DNA from: Acidobacteriota bacterium
GTDB taxonomy: Bacteria > Acidobacteriota > UBA6911 > RPQK01 > JAJDTT01
DNA: 64,000 bases
Direction of reading: 5' to 3'
Assembly: GCA_965217775.1 (NCBI GenBank)
Contig: CBDCJH010000002.1
Location: 992,001 to 1,056,000 of the forward strand
Made by a program: the position numbers and the translations under genes. This document shows, piece by piece, positions 28,597-38,194 of this stretch. The number at the start of each line of letters is the position of its first letter. The first letter of the stretch is position 1. Below the pieces are notes generated by a model. It was given only the letters and a program-made list of their open reading frames with translations, did not search any database and was not told the origin of the DNA.

Positions 28597-29793
28597 CTAT
28601 TTCCTCTGTTTCCCAGGAGCCGCAAAGGTCAGGACCCGCTTCGGATTCTCGTAGATCAGCGTCCGGATCTGCTCCTCCGTGACCCCTTTCCCCGTGAGGT
28701 GGGGAACGAACTGCTCCAGGATGAAGGTGTAGCCCATCCCGCCGAAGGTCTTGAAGTCGATCTTCTGATCCACATTCTGGGAGAGGAGGATCCGCTCCAG
28801 GTATCCGAGCCGTATCAGCTCCACGATGCCGTGCCCGACGTGGGCCGCTGTCGCCGGTTGGCGCAGCATGTGGAATTCCGACATGCCGTCGAACTCCACG
28901 TAGACTCCCCGCTTCAGGAGGCCGGTCAGGGCGGGCAGGTCCCGAACCAGGTTGTCGCAGTGTCCAAGGATCACCCGTCCCAGGTCGGTACCTTCGGCAT
29001 CCAGCAGGTCCAGCATCGCGTGCGTGAGCCCGCTTCCGCTGCCGTCCGTGTGCAGCGAGACAGGGGCGCCCGTGATGCGGCTGGCCCGGCCCGCAGCCCG
29101 GATCACCTTGGTCTCAACCGGAGTTAGAGATCCCCCGGACGTGGCCACTTCGCCGATGATGCCGGATCGGATGCCGCTGTTTCCCGCGCCGGACGTCACA
29201 TCCTGGACGAGTTCCCGAGTCAGATCATCTAGCGATCGCTCTTCCAGGACGCGGGAATCCAGGGCGCGGATGTCCCAACCCGTGCCCATGACCACGTGGA
29301 CCCCGGTGGCCTTGGAGACTCGCCGCAGCGCCGCTGGGTCCCGCCCCAGGCCGATGCTGGTTACGTCCACCAGCGTCCCGCCGCCGCGCTTCCGGTAGTC
29401 TGCCAGTTCCTCAGCGGCGGCCGTCTCGTCACCCAGGATCAGATTGTCTCGATTGGGATAGCCCATGGTCACCGCGCCCAGCATGTCCATGGTCAAGGGC
29501 TTGAGATAAAAGCGGACCCGAGTGGCTTCCCTGGGCACCGGCTGGCTGGAATGGTTCCGGTCGATGAAGATGTGCTCGTGCACCATGGCGGCGCCCATGG
29601 AGTCCGGGTCCATGGGGCCGTTGACCGTCAGGACCTTTCCGGCGAGGTCGGGGACCCGGTGTGACGCTTCCTGAGCCCGCAAAACCGGTGCTGAAAACAG
29701 CACCCAGAGCAGGCCGATCAGGGTCCACCCGCTCCGAGTCGTACTGAGAACTTGCCAAAGCGCGTGCCGTATTTCTGTCTTCAATTCGAACAT
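28597..29793 (-). CDS. Phosphotriesterase-related (PHP/aryldialkylphosphatase) amidohydrolase with signal peptide
   Basis: GKVLTVNGP, HEHIF, GGGTLVDVT..GLGRD, GIIGE, SLHT, GHCD, ILLSQN. Confidence 0.85.
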   Translation of the reverse strand: MFELKTEIRHALWQVLSTTRSGWTLIGLLWVLFSAPVLRAQEASHRVPDLAGKVLTVNGPMDPDSMGAAMVHEHIFIDRNHSSQPVPREATRVRFYLKPLTMDMLGAVTMGYPNRDNLILGDETAAAEELADYRKRGGGTLVDVTSIGLGRDPAALRRVSKATGVHVVMGTGWDIRALDSRVLEERSLDDLTRELVQDVTSGAGNSGIRSGIIGEVATSGGSLTPVETKVIRAAGRASRITGAPVSLHTDGSGSGLTHAMLDLLDAEGTDLGRVILGHCDNLVRDLPALTGLLKRGVYVEFDGMSEFHMLRQPATAAHVGHGIVELIRLGYLERILLSQNVDQKIDFKTFGGMGYTFILEQFVPHLTGKGVTEEQIRTLIYENPKRVLTFAAPGKQRK

Positions 29794-29841
29794 TACAGAC
29801 TCCAAATAACCGGAAACGAATAGTGATTCGACCATGGGGAG

Positions 29842-29868
29842 TTCGGCGGTTGGAAAGCCGCCGCTCCT
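29842..29868. repeat. Single REP copy
   Basis: TTCGGCGGTTGGAAAGCCGCCGCTCCT matches the reverse complement of the 27167 REP. Confidence 0.65.
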
Positions 29869-30005
29869 GTCGGGGGACATTGTAAACTTCGCGCTTTGCG
29901 GAGGCCAGAGTTCCGGCTCCCCGCGTTTCCCGAGGGGCAAGATTCCAACGAAGGGGAAATTTTTGGGGATTATATCCCAAAGTCACAATTTCCTTCCGTA
30001 AACGC

Positions 30006-30034
30006 TTGATTCGGTCACCCCTCCGTGTTACTAT
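30006..30034 (+). promoter_or_regulatory. Putative sigma70 promoter for the transposase
   Basis: TTGATT-17 bp-TACTAT with a TG extended -10, 27 nt upstream of ATG 30062. Confidence 0.45.
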
Positions 30035-30061
30035 TTAGTCACAATGAGAGAGGGAAACGGG

Positions 30062-31039
30062 ATGAAGAAAGCGCCTGGGAAAGCCCACCGAAAAGGACTC
30101 ACTCTGCTGCAAGTTGCGGACAAGTTCCGGGACGACGAAGCGGCCTTAAAGTGGCTGGAAGAGCAGGTTTGGCCGGATGGTCCGTTCTGCCCCAACTGCG
30201 GATCATTCAACGTCCAAAGTGGCATCAAGCACAAGACCATGACCCACCGTTGCCGGGACTGTCCAAAGCGGCCTATGTTCTCCATCCGCAAGGGAACGGT
30301 CATGGAAAGCACCAAGCTCCCTTATCGCGTCTGGGCCGTAGGCATCTATCTCTTCACCACCAACATCAAGGGCATTTCTTCCATGAAGCTGCACCGAGAG
30401 CTGGGCATCGGCCAGAAAGCCGCTTGGTTCATGCTGGCTCGGCTCCGCAAGGCCGCGGAGATCGGCACCGGGACGTTTCAAGGTCCGGTAGAGGCTGATG
30501 AGACCTATATGGGCGGTAAGCGGAAGAACATGCCAAAGGCCAAGAGGAAGCAATTGACAGGTCGAGGATCTGTGGGAAAGACGGCTGTGGCGGGCATCAA
30601 AGACCGACCCACGAAGCAGGTTTCTGCCAGAGTTGTCCCCAATGTCAAGAGCGAAACCATGAGCCGCTTCATCATGGAGCACATGGAACCCGGCGCCAAG
30701 ATCTACACGGACGATGCCCTGACATACCACGCTCTCCCGAACCACGAAACCGTGCGGCATTCAGTTGGCGAATACGTCCGGGGCAAGGCTCACACCAATG
30801 GCGTGGAGAGCTTTTGGTCCATGCTGAAAAGGGCGCACATGGGCACCTTCCACAAGCTGAGCCCCAAGCACCTACACCAGTACGTCAATGAATTCTCGGG
30901 CCGTCACAACATCCGCGAAGCGGACACGGAAGACCAGATGGGAATGGTCGCTGTCGGGATGATCGGCAAGCGCATCAAGTACCCGGAACTTATTGCAGAC
31001 AACGGACTGGACAGTGGAGCCAGACCAGCAGTGGGTTGA
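30062..31039 (+). CDS. IS1595 family DDE transposase
   Basis: Zinc ribbon CPNC...CRDC; KGISSMKLHRELGI HTH; VEADETYMGG; YTDD; HTNGVESFWSMLKR; YVNEFSGRHN. Confidence 0.95.
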   Translation: MKKAPGKAHRKGLTLLQVADKFRDDEAALKWLEEQVWPDGPFCPNCGSFNVQSGIKHKTMTHRCRDCPKRPMFSIRKGTVMESTKLPYRVWAVGIYLFTTNIKGISSMKLHRELGIGQKAAWFMLARLRKAAEIGTGTFQGPVEADETYMGGKRKNMPKAKRKQLTGRGSVGKTAVAGIKDRPTKQVSARVVPNVKSETMSRFIMEHMEPGAKIYTDDALTYHALPNHETVRHSVGEYVRGKAHTNGVESFWSMLKRAHMGTFHKLSPKHLHQYVNEFSGRHNIREADTEDQMGMVAVGMIGKRIKYPELIADNGLDSGARPAVG

Positions 31040-31147
31040 CTTGAAAAAGCCGGATCGGAAAGACTGAGATCAGGTTAGGAACCGAGCCACCCGCCAAAGT
31101 CTCTCGGTTCCTCTACTCAGATCGGATTGGATCTGAAAGGAGGAACC

Positions 31148-31372
31148 ATGTCGAGATCATCCCTTGCTGCCGAGAACAGAGTCCCTGAACCGATCCAAGA
31201 GATGCGGGATGAGATTTTTGCGTGCATGTTCAGCCGGGACCACCACTTCGTGAATACCAAGGCGGCCATAAACCTGGAGGAACGTGTCCTCCCCAGGAAG
31301 GATCGAATAGTGTCCACACGGGGTCCCAGGTTCTCGCGGGGAATGCCCTTGGCTGCAAAAGAGCGAGACTGA
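31148..31372 (+). CDS. IS passenger small hypothetical protein (74 aa)
   Basis: Strong RBS AAAGGAGG 4 nt before ATG; MSRSSLAAENRVPEPIQEMRDEIF...; lies inside the IS ends. Confidence 0.5.
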   Translation: MSRSSLAAENRVPEPIQEMRDEIFACMFSRDHHFVNTKAAINLEERVLPRKDRIVSTRGPRFSRGMPLAAKERD

Positions 31373-31378
31373 TCTCCC

Positions 31379-31558
31379 ATGAAGCGCCGTCAACAAAGAT
31401 CCGCCCACACGATACAGAAACCCGCCACAATGCGCCTTCCCAAGCGGTCCTACCAACCGAATCGCAAAGAACTGAGGGAAGAGGTTGATATGCCTGGATC
31501 GTCTCTCCAACAGGCCCGCAAGGCATTCCTTCGGCCCTTCAAGTTCAAGACCGAATGA
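31379..31558 (+). CDS. IS passenger small basic protein (59 aa)
   Basis: Manual translation, below the ORF-track cutoff: MKRRQQRSAHTIQKPATMRLPKRSYQPNRKELREEVDMPGSSLQQARKAFLRPFKFKTE; starts 6 nt after the previous stop and ends 7 nt before the right IR. Confidence 0.55.
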   Translation: MKRRQQRSAHTIQKPATMRLPKRSYQPNRKELREEVDMPGSSLQQARKAFLRPFKFKTE

Positions 31559-31713
31559 CCGGTCGAATTGTGACTTTGGGATATAATCCCCAAATTTTTC
31601 TTTCACCTAGGGTTTGAATCGAAAGCCGGAATGACCTAGAATTCCCGGCTGGTAGGCAGATTTGCATCCCAAGTGCTCGGAGTTCTGTTTTCAGTTTTAG
31701 GAGGTTTTGAGTA

Positions 31714-34700
31714 ATGCGGAAGTGGAGAATCCTCTTCGTGGGCTTGCTCCTGGTCCCGCTGGCGGCAGTACCGCTGTGGGGCCAAGGCGCACGCGCGAGT
31801 CTCAATGGCCGCGTGATGGACAACACTGGGGGCGTGATTCCCGGTGTGAACGTGACCGCCACCAACACGGCCACGGGTCGCGAATATCCGACGGTTACCA
31901 ATGACACGGGTCTATACCGGATCGATTTTCTGACGCCCGGTCCGTATGACGTGTCGGCCTCGCTCCCCGGGTTCAAGACGGCGATCCAGGCGGTGGACCT
32001 GAGGACGGGAGACGACCCGACCCTGGACTTCACCCTGGTGGTGGGAGAAGTCACGGAGCAGGTGACGGTACAGGCCAAAGCGCCTCTGCTCCAGTCGACC
32101 AACGCCACCTTGAGTAACCTGATTGAGTCCGAGCAGATCGAGACCCTGCCCATGGCTCAGGGCAATCCGAGCCATCTGCTGGTCATGGCCCCCGGCGCTT
32201 CGAGTCCGCCGGGCGGAGGCTGGAAGTGGGATGAACCCGGGTGGTCCATCACCACCGGATTCTATTTCCATGGCAGCCAGGGCAACGCGGTGGGCTTCAC
32301 CCTGAACGGCATCAACAACGTGGGCACGGTTTTCGGCGGGGCCCAGCAAGCCCAGACGGCGCCCCCGGCCGAAGCGGTCAAAGAGATCAGGATCGCCCAC
32401 GACTACACGGCGGCCCGGGGTCACCACAACGGCACCACCATGGACGTCACCCTGAAGTCGGGGACCAACGACTGGCATGGATCGGTCTATGGCTTCTTCC
32501 GCCAGAGCGCATGGGCGGCCAATGCCTTCTTCCAGAACCGGGCCGGTTCCCCCAAGGCGGACACCAAATACCGGCGCACCGGAGGCGGCATCAACGGACC
32601 CATCTTCAAGGACCAGACCCACGTCGCCTTCAACTGGGAGCGCACCTTCCAGCGGACCCTGGAGTTCTACGGCGCCCGGACGGTGCCCACAGGAGCCATG
32701 AGAGCGGGGGATTTCTCGGCCCTCCTGGCCTTGGGACCCGAGTACCAGATCTTTGACCCCTCCACGATCCAGGCCACCGGGGACGGGTTCTTCTCCCGGA
32801 TGCCCTTTCCCAACAATATGATCCCCTCCAGTCGGATCCACCCCATCTCCCAGCAACTCATGTCCTACTACCCGGAACCGAATCTTGCAGGTGGCAGCGA
32901 CTTTAGCAGCAACTTTGAGCCCAGTTCGCCCTCTCCCACCCAGTGGGACCAGTGGTTCCTGCGGGTCGACCACACCTTCGGCCCCTCGAACCGGATCTTC
33001 GGCAGCTACTCCAAGCTGGACAACTGGTCCGGGGAATGGCGGGACTACTACGGCAACGGCGCCACCGGTTTCCACGAGTCGGTCATTCGCGAGACCTTCG
33101 GGTTGGATGACGTCTGGACCGTGAATCCCAACGTCATCCTGAATTTCCGCGGCGGCTACAATCGAGGAACCGATCCCAGAGTGCACAAGAGCCACAAGCT
33201 GCATCCGCGGGGCGAGCCCTTCGACATCTTCTCGCTGCCCTTGGCCGATTCGCTCAAGGCGCAGCTCGATCCGGACCAGTCGGCGCTGCCCCACGTCCAG
33301 ATCGAGGGCTTCAGCGGGATCCATGACGAGACCCGGAACAACTTCGACTTCTCCACCTACGTCTTCGGCGAGGCGTCCACCGACATCCACGAGGGCAATC
33401 ACAACGTCAAGTTGGGTGTTGAGGCGCGCTCCAATTACCTGAACCGGAACGATCAGCGCTGGTCCAACCCGGTCTACCGGTTCCGGTCCAGTTTCACCAA
33501 CGGCCCGCTGAACACCTCTCCCAGTGCACAAGGCCAGGGGTTTGCCGCCTACCTGTTGGGGCAGCCCTCTACGGGTTTCGTCAACCGGAACGACAACTTC
33601 GCGGCCCACCACAACTATTACGCCTGGTTCATCCAGGACAACTGGAAGGCGACGCCGGAGTTGACCTTCAATATCGGTGTCCGCTGGGAGTACTTCGCTC
33701 CTCTCACGGAGCGCTTCGACCGGAGCGTGGCCGGCTTTGCGTTCGACACTGCCAGCCCGATTGCGGCCGCGGCCCAGGCGGCCTACGCCATGAACCCGAT
33801 TCCTGAAGTTGCCGCCGGCGCCTTCGCCGTGAACGGCGGGGTCACCTACGCCGGAGTCGGAGATACGCCGCGGGCTCTGTACGAGGTCCCCTCCAACATC
33901 TTCGCGCCTCGGCTTGGCTTCGCCTATCGACTTGGCGAGGACACGGTGATCCGGGGTGGCTACGGCATCTTCCATCAGCCCATCGGGATCCTGGGGAACA
34001 GCGTTTCCCCCATTCAGTACGGCTACAGCCAGACCACGGACCTGGTGCCGACCTTCGATAATGGCCAGACCTTCGTGGCCGACTTCGCCAACCCGTTTCC
34101 GGATGGAATCAAGCTTCCTGTCGGCAACGCCATGGGACTGGCGACGAGGCTGGGTCAGAGTGTCAATTTCTTCAACGAGAACAACCTGAAGGTGCCCTAC
34201 AACCAGCGCTGGTCGCTCACGGTCCAGCATATGCTGGGCAGCACCCTTCTGGAGTTGGGTTACGTCGGGACACGCGGTGTGCGCATCATCGGCGGCCGAA
34301 ACCTGAACGTTCTGCCGGAACGGTACCTGAGCTCGGCTAACGAGCGGAACAACGAGAATCATGCCTACCTGAACGCGGCGGTGCCGAATCCATTTGCGGG
34401 TCTGCTGCCGGGGACGGGGCTCAACACCAACACCGTCTCTCGGAGACAGTTGTTGCTGCCCTACCCCCAATTTACGGGCGTGTCGCTGAATCAGACCAAC
34501 CAGGGCTACTCCTGGTATCACGCCTTCGAGACCCGTCTCGAGCGGCGCCTCTCCGGCGGCTTCAGCTACAGCCTCGGCTATACCTGGTCCCGCTTCCATG
34601 AGGCGGTCCAGTTCCTGAATTCCAGCGATCCCGTTCCCTACGAAGTGGTGGCCCGGTCTGATCGGCCCCACAACTTCAAGCTGAGCGGCATCTACCAATT

Positions 34701-35160
34701 GCCCTTTGGGAAGAACAGCCGGTTCGGAGGGTGGCAGGTGTCCGCAGTTTGGCAGCTCCAGAGCGGCTTCCCGCTGAATTTCGGCGATGTCTTCACCACC
34801 GACAGCTTCAAGCCCGACCGTCTTGGCGGCGGTGGGACGGTCGAGCGGTGGTTCAACACCAATGCCGGATTCGTCCGCAGCTCCAGTGACGCGCCCGAAG
34901 GCACCCACAAGCGGACCTTCCCGCTGCGCTTTGCGCAGTTGCGTTCGGACATAGTCGATTTCTGGGATGTCAGCGTCATCAAGGACACTTTCATCAACGA
35001 CAATCACAAGATCCGGTTCCAGGCCCAGTTCCTGAACGCCATGAACCACGCCAGCTTTGGGAATGCCAACACCAATCCCACCAGCGGCAGCTTCGGCCGC
35101 GTGGGATCGGACGTTACTTGGCCGCGGCGCATCATGCTGAGCGTCAAGTGGATGTTCTAG
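31714..35160 (+). CDS. TonB-dependent receptor, Oar-like, with carboxypeptidase regulatory-like N-domain
   Basis: Signal peptide; GRVMDNTGGVIPGVNV; KSGTNDWHG; FIQDNWK..LTFNIGVRWEY; APRLGFAY; terminal aromatic KWMF. Confidence 0.92.
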   Translation: MRKWRILFVGLLLVPLAAVPLWGQGARASLNGRVMDNTGGVIPGVNVTATNTATGREYPTVTNDTGLYRIDFLTPGPYDVSASLPGFKTAIQAVDLRTGDDPTLDFTLVVGEVTEQVTVQAKAPLLQSTNATLSNLIESEQIETLPMAQGNPSHLLVMAPGASSPPGGGWKWDEPGWSITTGFYFHGSQGNAVGFTLNGINNVGTVFGGAQQAQTAPPAEAVKEIRIAHDYTAARGHHNGTTMDVTLKSGTNDWHGSVYGFFRQSAWAANAFFQNRAGSPKADTKYRRTGGGINGPIFKDQTHVAFNWERTFQRTLEFYGARTVPTGAMRAGDFSALLALGPEYQIFDPSTIQATGDGFFSRMPFPNNMIPSSRIHPISQQLMSYYPEPNLAGGSDFSSNFEPSSPSPTQWDQWFLRVDHTFGPSNRIFGSYSKLDNWSGEWRDYYGNGATGFHESVIRETFGLDDVWTVNPNVILNFRGGYNRGTDPRVHKSHKLHPRGEPFDIFSLPLADSLKAQLDPDQSALPHVQIEGFSGIHDETRNNFDFSTYVFGEASTDIHEGNHNVKLGVEARSNYLNRNDQRWSNPVYRFRSSFTNGPLNTSPSAQGQGFAAYLLGQPSTGFVNRNDNFAAHHNYYAWFIQDNWKATPELTFNIGVRWEYFAPLTERFDRSVAGFAFDTASPIAAAAQAAYAMNPIPEVAAGAFAVNGGVTYAGVGDTPRALYEVPSNIFAPRLGFAYRLGEDTVIRGGYGIFHQPIGILGNSVSPIQYGYSQTTDLVPTFDNGQTFVADFANPFPDGIKLPVGNAMGLATRLGQSVNFFNENNLKVPYNQRWSLTVQHMLGSTLLELGYVGTRGVRIIGGRNLNVLPERYLSSANERNNENHAYLNAAVPNPFAGLLPGTGLNTNTVSRRQLLLPYPQFTGVSLNQTNQGYSWYHAFETRLERRLSGGFSYSLGYTWSRFHEAVQFLNSSDPVPYEVVARSDRPHNFKLSGIYQLPFGKNSRFGGWQVSAVWQLQSGFPLNFGDVFTTDSFKPDRLGGGGTVERWFNTNAGFVRSSSDAPEGTHKRTFPLRFAQLRSDIVDFWDVSVIKDTFINDNHKIRFQAQFLNAMNHASFGNANTNPTSGSFGRVGSDVTWPRRIMLSVKWMF

Positions 35161-35210
35161 TTCCTGGATGAGGCTGTCCCGAACAGTCTCCCGGAACTAT
35201 CCGTTGAACG

Positions 35211-35245
35211 AAAAGGGGCGGGAGGCGACTCCCGCCCCTTTTTTT
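35211..35245 (+). terminator. Rho-independent terminator
   Basis: AAAAGGGGCGGGAG-GCGA-CTCCCGCCCC followed by a T-run, downstream of the TonB receptor. Confidence 0.85.
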
Positions 35246-35296
35246 ATCTTGGCGTTGCAGCCATCGTCTTTGGTGGAGAGGAGAGAAGCCTAGACC

Positions 35297-36535
35297 TTGC
35301 CGTTCCCGTTTATTCCATCGGCGCTGTTCTTGCTGTTCGCCGGTCCCAATCTGGTTCTCCAGGAACAGGGGGACCCCGCCCGTCACTACCGCCAGGCCAG
35401 TGAGCTGTTGGCCCAGGGAGAACTCTCCCGGGCCGAGGCAGAGGTCCGCAGGGCTTTGGCTGCGGCTCCCCGTTGGCCGGCTGCGCTGAATCTGTGGGGA
35501 ATTATTTTTCGGCGCCAGGGTCGAGTGCAGGAGGCGGTTCAAAGGTTCGAGCACGCGCTGGCGCTGAACCCGGATCATGTGGCCGCCGGAAGCAACCTGG
35601 GCTACGCCCTTCTCTCCCTGGAGAAGCATCGGCAGGCAATGGCCCGTTTCGACCGGGTCCTGGAGTTGGACCCAAATCATTCGGCGGCCTGGGCGGGGCG
35701 TGCGCGGGTCCTCTTGGCCCGGGATGATTTACAAGGTGCTCTGAGTGCGGCCTCAAAGGCCGAGAAATCGGCACCCGGCGATCCGGAAACGCTGCTTCTG
35801 CTCTCCGAGATTCACTTCCGAAACGGCCAAACGGACCAGGGTTTGAAGCGTGCGCGGCAGGTTGCGGAGGCCGCCCACGACAACGGACCCGGCCTCAGGC
35901 TCGTGGGCCTGTTTCTCCTGCAACAGGGACAATCGGAGGCAGCCCTGCCGCAGCTGGAGCGAGCCCTGGAACTGGGGACTCGCGACGGACAACTTCTCCA
36001 GTCGCTGGGTTACGGCTATCTCACCTCCAGCCGCCTCGCCAAGGCCGTTCCGTTGCTGGAGGAGGCGATCCGGACGCATCCGGAGCACGCGGATCCCTAC
36101 TACCTGCTGGGGATCGGATACGAAATGCAGGGGCGTCACCGCGAGGCCGTGCGCCAGTTGGAGAACGTCCTGGAGCGGAGACCGGACCACCTGGAGGCCA
36201 CCCATCGCTACGGAATCAACCTCTACAAGAGCGGCTCGCCGGAAGCGGCCTGGGAGCCCTTCGGCAGGGTCCTCCGGGAAGACCCTGAGCGGATCGAGGC
36301 CCTCTACTTCCGCTCCCGGATCCTTTGGCTCAGGAACGACTATCGGGAAGCGGCACTCCTGCTGAAGCGGGTCCTCTCCCTGGATCCCAAACATGCGGCC
36401 GCCCACTTCAAACTGGCCCAGGTCTACACTCGTTTGGACGAACCTGAAGCGGCGACCCGGCACCGGGAGAAATACGAGAGCCTGCGGGCCCGATATTCTA
36501 CCCACCTGAAGGAAGTGATCTTCCGTATCCCGTGA
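35297..36535 (+). CDS. Tetratricopeptide repeat protein, secreted
   Basis: About 10 TPR units (ALNLWG, LGYALL, YYLLG, AHFKLAQVY); hydrophobic N-terminus. Confidence 0.88.
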   Translation: MPFPFIPSALFLLFAGPNLVLQEQGDPARHYRQASELLAQGELSRAEAEVRRALAAAPRWPAALNLWGIIFRRQGRVQEAVQRFEHALALNPDHVAAGSNLGYALLSLEKHRQAMARFDRVLELDPNHSAAWAGRARVLLARDDLQGALSAASKAEKSAPGDPETLLLLSEIHFRNGQTDQGLKRARQVAEAAHDNGPGLRLVGLFLLQQGQSEAALPQLERALELGTRDGQLLQSLGYGYLTSSRLAKAVPLLEEAIRTHPEHADPYYLLGIGYEMQGRHREAVRQLENVLERRPDHLEATHRYGINLYKSGSPEAAWEPFGRVLREDPERIEALYFRSRILWLRNDYREAALLLKRVLSLDPKHAAAHFKLAQVYTRLDEPEAATRHREKYESLRARYSTHLKEVIFRIP

Positions 36536-36550
36536 CCGGGAAACCCGACG

Positions 36551-38194
36551 TTACTGAGCGGTCGGGGAGCGGCCTCCCAGGGTGCGGACGCCGGCCAGAC
36601 TCAGGTCGAAGTCATGGTCGATCTTCAGTTCCTCTCCCTGGCGCACGAGGACCAGAAGCGGGAGGGGCTCGTCCCACGCCGTGACCAACCGGCAGAAGAT
36701 CCGCTTTCCCAGGGTATTGCCGTCCCGGATTCGGCTACCCGCGATCCGTTGCCGGATCCGGCTGTTGCCGTAGACGGATGAAGCAATGGCGCGGTAGCTT
36801 CGAAAGTCGCCGTAGAGAGCCTGAGAAGATGGCGTCAGCAGGTCCCAGATCTCCCCGTACCTCTCCTCGAGCAGGGCTTGCTTGTAGCGGAGGTAGAACT
36901 GATTCACAGCCCGGGCCAGCTCCGAGCTCTCTCTGGGATCGACCCGGTCCGATCCGGGCAGGAGAGCCCGCCGCGACCGCTGCCGCTCGAACGCCTTGAC
37001 CTTCTGAAACCGCTCCAGGATCTTGCGGGCTTCCTCCGACTGACCCAGCTTCCGGTGCAGGGTTCCCAGGTGAAACAGGGCCGCCTCATGGTCCGGCTCC
37101 CGATCCACGACCGCAAGGAATTCGGTCAGGGCGTCTCGTTCCCTCCCGGCGGCGGCGTACGCCTTTCCCATCAGGAGCTGGGAGTTGACTGATCGGGGGT
37201 TGAGCCGCAGCGCCTCCTCCAATTCGGTGATGGCCTCCTGGGGGCGGTTCAGGTCCAACAGCGTCGAGCCCAGAAAGTAATGGCCAGCATAGTCGTCCGG
37301 GTCCTGACGGACGCACTCGGCATAGGTCTTCCGGGCGGGTTCGACCCGGCCCTGGGAGGCCTGGGCATAACCCAGATGAAGGCAGGCCCCCTCGGCATCC
37401 GGCTCCAGTTCCAGGGTCCGGGCGAAGGCCGTTTCCGCCTCCCGGAAGCGTTTCATCTTGAGCCAGGTGCGTCCCAGAGCGTCTTGCAGCAGTGGCGAGT
37501 CGGGATTGGCCTGGACGCCGGCGGAGAAGACCACCGACGCGGCTTCGGGAAGCTCGTGGACCAGGAAGACTCCTCCCAAAGAGAGGTACTCATGCTGTTC
37601 CGACCCCAGAGTATGGGCGAACTGCTCCACTTCATCACCGATGGGCGCCTGATGGTAGAAGCTCAGGGCCGGTGTCGCCGGCGCCGTGGATCGAACCAGA
37701 CGCGCGAACTGTCCGGTGGCGGCCGAGCGTTGTCCCAGGCGGAGATAGCTGAGGGCCAGATTCAGGCGGGCGGTGGACCAGTCGCGCCGGAGTTGCAGTG
37801 CGCGGAGGTAGCAGGAGGGAGCCCGAGCCGTGTCTCCCGCTCTCTCCCGTGTGGTTCCCAGAAGATTCTGCAGCACAGCGTCGGACGGGGACGTCTGAAG
37901 CAGGGCCTCCAGGGAGCGCGCCGCCTGGGCGTAGGACTCGGAGCGAAGCAGAGAATAGACCTCGGCCAGCCTCTCCTCCTTCGTCTGGGCGAGGCCGGCG
38001 GCTCCCAGGGCCCCCAGGAAAAGCGCACACTGGAGGGTCCAGCCACGGATCTTCTTCCTGGAAAAAAATAGGGGCACCCTGGGAGGGGGGACATTCTTGC
38101 CCCCCTCTTCAACGCCCCCCGGAATCGGGGGTTGAAAACCCCCGCTCCCATCGTTTTGCAATGTCTGGCTGCCGACGGACCACTTTCCAGTCAC
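36551..38194 (-). CDS. TPR protein with C-terminal non-TPR (NTF2-like?) domain
   Basis: Multiple TPRs; signal-like CALFLGALGAAGLA. Start is uncertain: GTG 38194 overlaps the CRTAC1 stop (GTGA), or a later GTG near 38077. Confidence 0.82.
   Translation of the reverse strand: MTGKWSVGSQTLQNDGSGGFQPPIPGGVEEGGKNVPPPRVPLFFSRKKIRGWTLQCALFLGALGAAGLAQTKEERLAEVYSLLRSESYAQAARSLEALLQTSPSDAVLQNLLGTTRERAGDTARAPSCYLRALQLRRDWSTARLNLALSYLRLGQRSAATGQFARLVRSTAPATPALSFYHQAPIGDEVEQFAHTLGSEQHEYLSLGGVFLVHELPEAASVVFSAGVQANPDSPLLQDALGRTWLKMKRFREAETAFARTLELEPDAEGACLHLGYAQASQGRVEPARKTYAECVRQDPDDYAGHYFLGSTLLDLNRPQEAITELEEALRLNPRSVNSQLLMGKAYAAAGRERDALTEFLAVVDREPDHEAALFHLGTLHRKLGQSEEARKILERFQKVKAFERQRSRRALLPGSDRVDPRESSELARAVNQFYLRYKQALLEERYGEIWDLLTPSSQALYGDFRSYRAIASSVYGNSRIRQRIAGSRIRDGNTLGKRIFCRLVTAWDEPLPLLVLVRQGEELKIDHDFDLSLAGVRTLGGRSPTAQ
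38080..38150. repeat. REPIN (inverted REP doublet)
   Basis: TGGGAGGGGGGACATTCTTGCCCCCCTC ... CGGGGGTTGAAAACCCCCGCTCCCA; near-identical to 57130-57199, including the spacer. Confidence 0.75.

Larger units (their letters stand above)
29965..31591 (+). mobile_element. Complete IS1595-family insertion sequence (1627 bp) with passenger ORFs
   Basis: Perfect 26-bp IRs GGGGATTATATCCCAAAGTCACAATT (29965-29990; reverse complement at 31566-31591); 8-bp TSD AAATTTTT (29957-29964, 31592-31599); lower GC than the flanks. Confidence 0.95.

Noticed and set aside
31157-31606. 149-aa minus-strand ORF crossing the IS right end
   Set aside because: It spans the IR/TSD boundary and is antisense to the two passenger ORFs, the first of which has a strong RBS.
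31912-35049. 1045-aa minus-strand ORF
   Set aside because: Mirror of the TonB receptor's codons, with no independent domain signal.
35158-35200. Imperfect hairpin right after the TonB receptor stop as a possible ncRNA
   Set aside because: More simply a 3' UTR stabilising stem before the terminator; no recognisable RNA family.
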